Below, in pieces: positions 26,105 through 36,659 of a stretch of 64,000 nt of DNA. Source of the stretch: Squalus acanthias. Its lineage: Eukaryota. The number at the start of each line of letters is the position of its first letter. Position 1 is the stretch's first letter. The DNA is taken from NCBI GenBank assembly GCA_030390025.1, contig CM059432.1, positions 90,274,001 through 90,338,000 on the forward strand, given 5' to 3'. The notes beneath the pieces were generated by a model that had not been told where the DNA came from, did no database searches, and saw only the letters and a program-made list of their open reading frames with translations. Made by a program: the position numbers and the translations under genes.

Positions 26105-26226
26105 GGGCGGTAGGTGGTAATCAGCAGGGGGTTTCCTTGCCCATGCTTGACCTGAAGCCATGAGACTTCATGGCTTCAGGTCAAGCATGGGCAAGGAAAC
26201 CCCCTGCTGATTACCACCTACCGCCC
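26105..26226. repeat. Perfect 59-bp inverted repeat with 4-nt spacer
   Basis: 26105-26163 is the reverse complement of 26168-26226. TGAGACTTCATGG is duplicated at 26161 and 26227. Confidence 0.95.
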
Positions 26227-26819
26227 TGAGACTTCATGGGGTCCGGAGTCAATGTTGAGGACTCCCAGGGCCACTCCTTCCCGACTGTATACCACTGTGC
26301 CGCCACCCCTGGTGGATCTGTCCTGCCGGTGAGACAGGACATTCCCAGGGATGGTGATGGAGGAGTTTGGGACATTGGCTTAAAGGTATGATTCTGTGAG
26401 TATGACTATGTCAGGCTGTTGCTTGACTAGTCTGCAGGACAACTCTCCCAATTTTGTCACAAGTCCCCAGATGTTGGCGAGGAGTACTTTGCAGGGTTGA
26501 CTGGGCTGGGTGTGCCGGTGCCGAGGTCGATGCCGGGTGGTCCGTCCGGTTTTTTTCTTATTATTTTGTTTCGTAGCAGTTTGTTACAACTAAGTGGCTT
26601 GCTAGGCCATTTCAGAGGGCAGTTAAGAGTCAACCAAATTGCAGTGGGTCTGGAGTCACATATAGGCCAGACCAGGTAAGGACGGCAGATTTCCTTCCCT
26701 AAAGGACATTAGTGAACCAGATAGGTTTTTACGACAATCCGATAGTTTCATGGTTACCATTACTGATACTAGCTTTTTATTCCAGATTTATTTAATTAAC
26801 TGAATTTAAATTCCCCAGC

Positions 26820-26900
26820 TGCCATGGTGGGATTTGAACTCATGTCTCTGGATCATTAGTCCAGGCCTCTGGATTACTAGCCCAGTGATATTACCACTAC
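26820..26900 (-). promoter_or_regulatory. tRNA-derived Pol III internal promoter (tRNA-Thr(AGT)-like) at the LINE 5' end
   Basis: Minus strand: GTAGTGGTAA (3' part of A box), CTGGG-CTAGTAA-TCCAG anticodon arm, a second arm CTGGA-CTAATGA-TCCAG, and B box GAGTTCAAATCC (26830-26841). Confidence 0.8.
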
Positions 26901-27049
26901 TGGTAGTTGGGTTTTACATTTTGGAGAAGGCCATTGCCTTGTACATAAGTGACATGAATGCTACTCGCCACTTCTCGTGTGGAATTTCCTTGGAAAAAAA
27001 AGTTGTTTAATAGTTCTCAGAGTTCTGGACCAATCTCCTTGTCTGTACT

Positions 27050-27650
27050 TCAGCTCCTTCCATGACATCTTCTCCTCTTCCTCCTCCTTTTGCTTTGAGC
27101 CTGAAGCCCCACAGGCCTGCTCTCTATCCTACTCTTTCCTCTTTGGATGGCAGAACCATGCAGCATACAGCAGATGGAAATGATTTTGAGTCTTTGGCTG
27201 GTACCTAGTCCAAGCAATACAAACAACTAGTTCAGCATCCTTATGGTGTGCCTGACGATAACAGTTGCTGCTGTGTAGGGTTTCTATTGGGAGTCATCAG
27301 TTCATTCTGTGGCACCATGGACTACAGCAAAATAAAAGCATCATGATGCAGGATATCATGGCTGTGGAATTACATTTGTGTGGTCTGAAACCATCTGTAC
27401 ATTTAAGGAGTTGTACTCCTTCCTGTTCATGTATGCATTTGGGTTGATGTGTAGAGCACTGATGGCCACACTGTTTCCCTCTATAATGTCCCAGACTCTT
27501 TGGAATTCTCTCAGGCTGTAAAAATCCTGTGTCTTCTCTAGTTAGTATCACCTTTCCATTGGGAAAGTGATATAGGATTTTCCCTTGACAAACATGTCAT
27601 CAGTTACTTGCTTTATACAGGTATGAACTGCACACTGGCTTATATAACAG
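27050..27650 (-). pseudogene. Highly decayed Harbinger transposase remnant
   Basis: Remnant AVCCMVL motif, acidic tail, and residual similarity to 6960-7200. Confidence 0.45.
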
Positions 27651-28492
27651 ATGTCCCTGTGGTGGCCTAGAAGAGTCCTGTTGCATAAAACTTTAATGTC
27701 ACAATGACCTTCAGAACTAGAGGAAGAGCCACCCCTGTCCTTGAGTTTGTTAGTAAGTCAAGCCTACAGCAGCCACAAATGCTGCAGTGAAGCAAAGGTG
27801 GTGATGACAGGTTTTCTCTGATCTACCCAATTAGGAGAGGCATGGTCTGCAAACACAATCCTTGGGCACTGAAAGAAGCTTGGGCATTAAATATTTTGTC
27901 CTTTCAGGAATTCACCCTCGTCATCTAATTCATGCAGCAATATGGCAACACCAAAAGAGATTTCCATCCTCTCAGCTTTGTTAGATACACCTTACACTTC
28001 AGCAATAATTGGCAAGACTTAGGAAGTGTGATTAAACAAACCGAAGGCTTCACCAACAAGGCAGAGAAAGGAAAATATAATTACGCAAGATGTTCAGTGC
28101 ACAAAAAGAAAAATGCCACGAGCCAAAAAAACTAAACTTTAACATCAACTGAAACAGCACACTTGCTGCAAGAAGCATTCCAAAGTGAGCTAGGCCTGGT
28201 TCACAGGCATGCACCCACTTTCCATGGATGAGGTAAATGCTAGGGATAGAACCGGGCCTGAAATTTTCAATTTAAATGAAGTTCGTGCATGCCTGCAGTG
28301 TGGGCCTCCTTACTCACCCTAAATCACATCTCAGAAAATTGAGCACAACTCAAATCGGGTACATGAGGTCAGGGATCCAATTCTCCAACCATGTCCACCA
28401 CCAATGGAGCCTTATACAATTTACAAGGTGAAATTGGTGAACATTTAGAATGACATCGGCTAATAATAGACAGTCAACATGAATTTGTAAAA

Positions 28493-28680
28493 TAACAACA
28501 GAAAATGCTGGAAACACTCAGCAGGTCAGGCAGCATCGAGGAGAGAGAAACAGAGTTAACCCTTGGTTCGACCCGAAACATTGACTCTGTTTCTCTCTCC
28601 TTAATGCTGCCTGACCTGCTGAGTGTTTCCAGCATTTTCTGTTGTTATTTCAGATTTCCAGCATCCGCAGTATTTTGCTA
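28493..28680 (+). mobile_element. Penelope terminal fragment with inverted copy (fold-back) and 14-bp TSD, inside an old CR1 (~28400-29650)
   Basis: TSD ATGAATTTGTAAAA at 28479-28492 and 28681-28694. ~70-bp inverted arms around a short spacer. Confidence 0.85.
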
Positions 28681-29699
28681 ATGAATTTGTAAAACCTGGG
28701 TCATTTTACTTTATTAAAGGCACTGTAGAAATGCAAGTTGTTGTTGTTGTTGTACATCACAAAATTAACTGAATTTTTTGAGGAAATGAAGAGTGTTATG
28801 GATAAAGGGAATACAATTTGATAAGGTGCCACGTAAGATGAGTCTAGAACTTTTACAAACCCTTTCAGGCTATTGGAAGTGTGGCAGAGCACATTTACCA
28901 CCACCCTAAATGAATTTGCGGTAGAGAGAGGTTCAATTGTCTTCTTCCCAGGACTCCATCCTAAATTGTAGGAATGGGCTCATTAGAATAATCAGGTAAT
29001 TTTTGGGGGGAAGAAGAACAGTAAAAGGATATATATCCTAAATGGTAGGATTCTTAATAGGGTGGATAAATGGATCAGCCATGATCTTATTGAATAGTGG
29101 AGCAGGCTCGAGGGGCCGTATGGCCTGCTCCTGTTCCTAATTCTTATGTTCATATGTTCTTATTGAGGAGTGTAGATACATAGATCTTTAAAGGTGAGAA
29201 TTCAGATAGAAAAGGCCATAAAAATGTAAATGGAATTCTGGATTTTATTTATAAAGGCATCAGATTCAAAAGCAAGGAAATATTGTTGAAATCTACAAGA
29301 CAGTGGTTAGGCCACAGCTGGAGTTTTATGTGCAATTCTGGAAACTCCATCAAGGATATTAGAGCCATGGAAAGGGTAGAGCAAAGATTCACTAGAATGA
29401 TACCAGAATGAAAGGTTATAGTTGTAAATAAAGGTTGAAAAAAATAGGCCCTTTCCACCAGAAGGTTAAGGTGGGGAGATGGAATCTAATGATGGTTTTC
29501 AAAATTATTAAAGACTTTGCAAGGGTAAATAATGAAAGATTGTTTACGCTGGTTGGGAAATAGGTAACAAGGAGTCATGGATTTAGGATTATCACGAGAA
29601 AAATGCAGTGGAAGGGAATTAGAAGAATATTTTACACATGGAGGGTTATTACCACAAGTGGCAATTGAGAATGTACAACCGTGCACATCTGACATAATT

Positions 29700-30460
29700 C
29701 GCACCACGGAAGTGCCAGGCAATGACTATCTCCAACAAGCGAGAGTCTAACCATTTCCCCTTCAATGGCATTACTATCGCCGGATCCCCCACTATCAACA
29801 TCCTGGGGGTCACCATTGACCAGAAACTTAACTGGACCAGCCACAGAAACACTGTGGCAACGAGAGCAGGTCAGAGGCTAGGTATTCTGCGGCGAGTGTC
29901 TCACCTCCTAACTCCCCAAAGCCTTTCCACCATCTACAAGGCACAAGTAAGGAGTGTAATGGAATACTCTCCACTTGCCTGGATGAGTGCAGCTCCAACA
30001 ACACTCAAGAAGCTGGACACCATACAGGACAAAGCAGCCCGCTTGACTGGCACCCCATCCACCACCTTAAATATTCACTCCCTCCACCGTGGCTGCAGTG
30101 TGTACAATCTACAAGATGCACTGCAGCAACTTGCCAAAGCTTCTTCGGCAGCACCTCCCAAACCCGCGACCTCTTCCACCTAGAAGGACAAGGGCAGCAG
30201 ATGCATGGGAACACCACCACCTCCACGTTCCCCTCCAAGTCACACACCATCCTGACTTAGAAGTATATCGCCGATCCTTCATCGTCGCTGGGTCAAAATT
30301 CTGGAACTCCCTCCCTAACAGCACTGTGGGAGTACCTTCACCACACGGACTGCAGCGGTTCAAGAAGGCAGCTCACCACCACCTTCTCAAGGGCAACTAG
30401 GGATGGGCAATAAATGCTGGCCTTGCCAGCGATGCCCACATCCCATAAGTGAATAAAAAA
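29700..30460 (+). mobile_element. LINE family 2, 3' fragment
   Basis: ILGVTIDQKLNWTSH, YKAQVRSVMEYSPLAW, HHHLLKGN*, tail GAATAAAAAA. Confidence 0.95.
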
Positions 30461-31919
30461 CATTTTAAAAATTGCATTCCCTTTAGATGGACTTACAGAA
30501 GTACAGAGTACCATAGAGCAAGTGACCTTTTCACGGCCATCTGGAGAAGAGCTATACTATATTCTCTCAGAACCACTGTGACTGGCGCCATTGAGACCTA
30601 GAGCACAAGTCTTTCACTGTCAGATTGATCATTCAGTAAGAGGAATGACATCTTACCCACATCTTATGGACCTTATGGACTGCTCTCATGCTCATCTCTG
30701 GTCATCCAGCTGAAGTATCCAGCACCAGGTTCATAGCAAGAAAAGTGTCTGACAAGGTGCACTCTTGTCAAGGTGGCTGCACATCCTTCCACTCGAGCCA
30801 GGGCTCTCAAAAACTGGAAGAAATGCCCGGAAGTGGGCGGGCGCTGGCAGCCACTGAGTTTTAAGCTGTGACTCCAGCTTTTGCATAAAGATTGGAACCA
30901 CAGAAGTTTACAACACAGTGTTGGATCTTTGTTAAAGTAATCCAAAACTAATCCATTGTCCTGCTCACTCCTCATAGCTCTATATCTTTTGTTATTTCAA
31001 AATAACCCTGCACCCAATGGCTCAAGGCCATGAGCATCACAAGAGGGCCTGCAATACCTAACTTTGACCTGCCATTACAGTTACTCCTCCGGGAACACTT
31101 AGATACAGCATTAAATTGGGAAGTAGGGCAAACATACCTTATAGGGTGACAAAGGGGAACCACATTTGGAATGTAAATAGCATTAAGTAAATATTGATCT
31201 TGTCATTTCTCCTTTTATGGACAGTGTTTGTTTTGTAGGGCCATAGAAATAATATAAGTGCCTAGAGGGGGCTGAAAAACAGCAGTTAAACTTGAGTGAA
31301 GGGAATGTGTGACATGTTCTTGAGTGCTACAATGTGTGGGATTGGAAAAAGTTTAGTAGCATAATGGGGGGAATTTTAACAGCAAACAGTGAGTGGGTTT
31401 GGGAGCGAGTGGGTGGTTAAAAGCACTGAAATTGACCGTGTCGGGAAGTTGGCTCCAACCCGTCGACTTCCGCATTTAACTGGAGCACGTTTGGCTGCGT
31501 GCGAGAATCGCCCTCGGGAGAGGCGGGTTGCAAATTTAAAGCTGTTAAGAGGTAGTTAAGAGGTAATTAACAGCTTTTTTAACAGGGATTTTCAACTTTC
31601 ACTGTGGATTCACAGGTTTCCCGGCTTCCTGGACCTTGCTAGTGAAAGCAAGGCAAGTGGCAATTGAGGAGGCTGAACAAATGACAAGCAAAAAAATTGC
31701 ATAAGTACTGAGACCCCACACCTGCTTCCTTGCCTAAGTGAAAGGCTTTTGCTCACAGCACTTGTTCTGAGAGTTTACTTTCAGTACTTTTCAGGTGATT
31801 TCTACAACTTTGGATGTGGTTTCTACTACTTTGGAGGTGACTTTCATTACATTGGAGGTCACTTTCACTACACTGCAGATTTGTGCGTCTGATTTCCACT
31901 GTCCATTTGTCATATATCA

Positions 31920-33020
31920 GATCAGCATAGGTGCTGCTTGTGCCATTTCACCAAGCTGAGCACCAGCACCAACGTCACCAGCAGGAGCAGCAGCAGCCTT
32001 CTCCTCACAGACCTGGCGCTCCACAGGAGAGAGGGGTTGAGCCAGGGGTGCACCTTCCAGGAGGCGATACCCCCAACACAGAGTATATAGGCAGAGGATC
32101 AGCTTTCTTGACATGTCGAACACCAATGCCTCAGGAGGCTCAGGGTATCGCGTCAGGTGGTGGCAGACATTTGCAGCCTGCTGGAACAAGACCTGCTGCC
32201 AACTGGACCTGGTGGCCACGCTTTACCAGTGGCTGTCAAAATGACCACCTGCCCTCAATTTCTTCACCTCAGGCTGCTTCCAGGGATCTGCAGGAGACAT
32301 ATGCAGGCTTTCGCAATCGGCCACTCAAAAATGCATCACCCAGGTGACCGATGCCATGTTTGCCAGGGCAGGCGATTATGTACACTTTACCACCGATGAA
32401 GTCAGTCAGAATGAGCGAGCGCTTGGGTTTTCAGCACTGACTGGCTTCCCACAGGTGCAAGGCATCATCGACTGCACACATGTGGCCATCAAGGCACCCC
32501 CAGATCACCTAGGAGTGTTCGTGAACCGTAAGGGCTTCCACTCCATCAATGTGCAGCTCGTCTGCAACCACAAAAAGATCATCATTCAGGTGTGTGCCAG
32601 ATTCCCAGGGAGCTGCCATGAAGCATTCGTCCTGCGCAAGTCCACCCTCCCTGTGCTCTTCGCACCACTGAACAGACTTATTGGCTGGCTGCTTGGAAGC
32701 AAGGGCTAGCCACATAAAATGTGGCTGATGAAACCCGTGAGGAGCCCAAGCATTGAGGCCCAAGAGCGCTACAATCAAAGCCACATGACGACGAGATGTG
32801 TCATTGAGCAAGCCATCGGGATGCTGAAGATGTGCTTCAGGTGCTTCAACAGATCTGGAGACACCCTTCAATACGCACCAGCCAGGGTCTCCAGAATGAT
32901 GCTCGTGGTGTACTGTGCTCTGCACAACATAGCGCAGTAGCGAGGATTGGAGCTGCAGGAGGAGCATGACGCAGAGCATAGTGCCTCTTCAGAGGAGGAA
33001 GATGAGGAGGAGGAGGAACG
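31920..33020 (+). pseudogene. Harbinger (HARBI1-type) transposase with stops and frameshifts
   Basis: [80 protein letters not shown]. Confidence 0.92.
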
Positions 33021-33039
33021 TCATTTTAAAAAATATATA

Positions 33040-35563
33040 TTTTATGGGATGTCGGCGTCGCTGGCAAGGCCAGCATTTATTGCACATCCCTAATTGCCTT
33101 GAGAAGGTGGTGGTGAGCCGCATTCTTGAACCGCTGCAGTCCGTGTGGTGAAGGTACTCCCACAGGGCTGTTAGGTAGGGAGTTCCAGGAATTTGGCCCA
33201 GCGACGATGAAGGATCGGCGATATACTTCTAAGTCAGGATGGTGTGTGACTTGGAGGGAATTTGGAGGGTGGTGGTGTTCCCATGCACCTGCTGCCCTTA
33301 TCCTTCTAGGTGGAAGAGTTTGTGGGTTTGGGAGGTGCTGCCGAAGAAGCCTTGGCGAGTTGCTGCAGTGTCATCTTGTAGATGGCACACACTGCAGTCA
33401 CGGTACGCTGGTGGTGGAGGGAGAGAATGTTTAAGGTGGTAGATGGGATGTCAGTCAAGTGGGCTGCTTTATCTTGGATGGTGCTGAGCTTCTTGAGTGT
33501 TGTTGGAGCTGCACTCATCCAGGCAAGTGGAGAGTATTCCATCACACTCCTTACTTGTGCCTTGTGGATGGTAGAAAGGCTTTGGGGAGTCAGGAGGTGA
33601 GACACTCATCGCAGAATACCTACCCTCTGACCTGCTCTTGTTTCCACAGTATTTATGTGGCTAGTCCAGTTACGTTTCTGGTCAATGGTGACCCCCAGGA
33701 TGTTGATGGTGGGGGATTCGGCAATGGTAATGCCATTGAATGTCAAGGGGAGGTGGTTAGACTCTTGCTTGTTGGAGATAGTCATTGCCTGACACTTCTG
33801 TGGCGCGAATGTTACCTGCCACTTATCAGCCCAAGCCTGAACGTCGTCCAAGTCTTGTTTCATGCGGGCATGGACTGCTTCATTATCTGAGGAGTTGTGA
33901 ATGGCGCTGAACACTGTGCAGTCATCAGTGAACATCCCCATTTCTGACCTTATGCTGGAGGGAAGGTCATTCATAAAGCAGCTGAAGATGGTTGGGCCTA
34001 GGACACTGCCCTGAGGAACTCCTGCAGCGATGTCCTGGGGCTGTGATGATTGACCTTCAATCACCACAACCATCTTCCTTTGTGCTCGGTATGACTCCAG
34101 CCAGTGGAGAGTTTTCCCCCCGAATCCCATTGACTTCAGTTTTACTAGGGCTCCTTCATGCCACACTCGGTCAAATGCTGCCTTGATGTCAAGGGCAGTC
34201 ACTCTCACATCACCTCTGGAATTCAGCTCCTATGTCCATATTTGGACCAAGGCTGTAATGAGGTCGGGCGCAGAGTGGTCTTGGTGGAAACCAAATTGGG
34301 CATCAGTGAGCAGGTTATTGGTGAGTAAGTGTCGCTTGATAGCACTGTCGATGACACCTTCCATCACTTTGCTGATGATTGAGAGTAGACTGATGGGTCG
34401 GTAATTGGCCAGATTGGATTTGTCCTGCTTTTAGTGGACAGGACATACCTGGGCAGTTTTCCACATTGTCGGATAGATGCCAGTGTTGTAGCTGTACTGG
34501 AACAGCTTAGCTAGAGGCGCGGCTAGTTCTGGAGCACAAGTCTCCAGCACGATAGCCGGGATGGTGTCAGGGCCCATAGCCTTTGTTATATCCAGTGCGC
34601 TGAGCCATTACTTGATATCACGTGGAGTGAATCGAATTGGCTGAAGATGGTCGGACCTCAGGAGGAGGCCGATATGGATCATCCACTCGGCACTTCTGGC
34701 TGAAGATGGCTGCAAACGCTTCAGCCTTGTCTTTTACACTCACGTGCTGGGCTCCACCATCTTTGAGGATGGGGATATTCATGGAGCCTCCTCCTCCCGT
34801 TAGTTATTTAATGGTCCACCACCATTCACGACTGGATGTGGCAGGACTGCAGAGCTTTGATCTGCTCCGTTGATTGTGGGATCGCTTAGCCCTGTCTATA
34901 GCATGCTGCTTCCGCTTTTTAGCACGCATGTAGACCTGTGTTGCCACTTCCCCAGGTTGGCACCTCATTTTTAGCTACGCCTGGTGCTGCTCCTGGCATG
35001 CTCTTCTGCACTCCCTATTGAACCAGGGTTGGTCCCCTGGCTTGATGGTAATGGTAGAGTGAGGGATATGGCGGGCCATGAGGTTACAGATTGTGGTGGA
35101 ATACAATTCTGCTGCTGCTGATGGCCCACAGAGCCTCATGGATGCCCAGTTTTGAGCTGCTAGATCTGTTCTGAATCTATCCCATTTAGCACGGTGGTAG
35201 TGCCACACAACATGATGGAGGGTGTCCTCATTGTGAATATGGGACATCGTCTCCACAATGTCTGTGCGGTGGTCACTGCTACCAATACTGTCATGGACAG
35301 ATGCATCTGCGACAGGTAGATTGGTGAGGATGAGGTCAATTAGGTTTTTCCCTCGTGTTTGGTTCTCTCACCACCTGTCGCAGGCCCAGACTGGCAGCTG
35401 TGTCCTTCAGGACTCGGCCAGCTTGGTCAGTAGTGGTGCTACCGAGCCACTCTTGGTGATGGACATTGAAGTCCCCCACCCAGAGTACATTCTGTGCCCT
35501 TGCTACTCTCAGTGCTTCTTCCAAGTGGTGTTCAACATGGCGGAGTACTGATTCATCAGCTGA
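33040..35563 (-). mobile_element. LINE family 2, 5'-truncated within APE
   Basis: ORFs 33606-34208 (LDIKAAFDRV, GVPQGSVLGP) and 35336-35614 (VGDFNVHH). Colinear with 23535-26100. Confidence 0.95.
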
Positions 35564-36659
35564 GGCCATGGCACCAACAGCAGTGCATATTGATGCCCGG
35601 GATGGAGTCATCATGGCAAGATTTAATTAGGTTGCATCACTGCACCATCTGGCAGCCACATGCTGAACCCACTTACACCGCCATCCACCCCGCAGAACAA
35701 AGCAGTCCTGCAATCAACAAAGCATCCCTTTTGCAGACACCCATTGTTTGGATTTAAGTCTTGTCTTACCATTCATCAGAACTGAGAAGCCCACTTCACA
35801 GGTTGCAGGCAAAAACGTGCAAGAAGGGAAAGCGGTGCAAAGAAATAATTTTTATGTGGCCCAAAATTTATACATAAACTTAACAGTGTAAGGTTGTATA
35901 ACATCCCCATATGCATACCCTTGTGCAACGACTAATCTTTCATCTTCCTTTTCCTACTAATACTATTACGTCGTGAAGCCCCTGTGACTGAGGCAGAAGT
36001 AGAGGCAGGCTGCTTACATCCCTGCTCTGACTGCTGAGATGCTCTTGGCCGACGTCCTCTGGGTTTTGGAGCTCTTGAGGGCCCCGCCAGATACGGCTCC
36101 AGCTGCACCTGTGCAGAGGCAGACTCAGCCATCGAATCACGAGGCAGCATTTGGGGCACTGACTGAGTCGGGGGATGGGGGGCAATGGGTGTCAAGTGGA
36201 AGTGCTTTGAACAGAGTCACAGAGTTCCCTTTCTCCATATTCCCTCTCATGGCCCACCCACACTTCCCTGCTCGCAAGGAGCCGGAGAGTATTTTGCTGC
36301 ACATCAGTGGAGTGCTGAACAGCCAGGGCTAGTTTTTGATCTATCCGAGTTAAGGTGGCATTCAGAGTGTGCAAGCCTTTGGTGAGGGCCAGTATGCACT
36401 CGTTTGACTGCCACGTTTGATGCTCCACGGACGAAGACATCATCGCAAAGTCCTGCGACATCATGCCAGTCATGCCTGAGATGGACTCCTCCATTCTCTC
36501 TGCAAGCGTGAACTGTGCGGCACCCTCAGAGTTAGCGACCTCATCTGAGGAGTCGTCATCCTCTTCCAGCACCACCACCTGTGGGACACTTGATGGGCCT
36601 GTGGGAGACTAAAGACATGATTTAGAATTGTCACGATAAGAATGTTTTAAGTAAACCCT

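Larger units (their letters stand above)
23535..26900 (-). mobile_element. Near full-length CR1-group LINE, family 2: tRNA-derived head, single APE-RT ORF (decayed), short A-rich tail
   Basis: APE begins ~26495 (KVLLANIWGL..PDIVILTES), then VGDFN, SSDH, KAMGPDNI, YRPISLLS, LDIKAAFDRV, GVPQGSVLGP, MFADD, ending HLLKGN*. Imperfect TSD TGGTGGTTGAAGTTTT (23521) / TGGTAGTTGGGTTTT (26901). Confidence 0.9.

Noticed and set aside
26820..26900. Functional tRNA-Thr gene
   Set aside because: No acceptor stem, duplicated anticodon arm and no downstream T-run; it is the head of a retroelement.
32344..32940. Host HARBI1 gene
   Set aside because: Stops and frameshifts, paired with a Myb gene inside TIRs, and multiple copies in the window.
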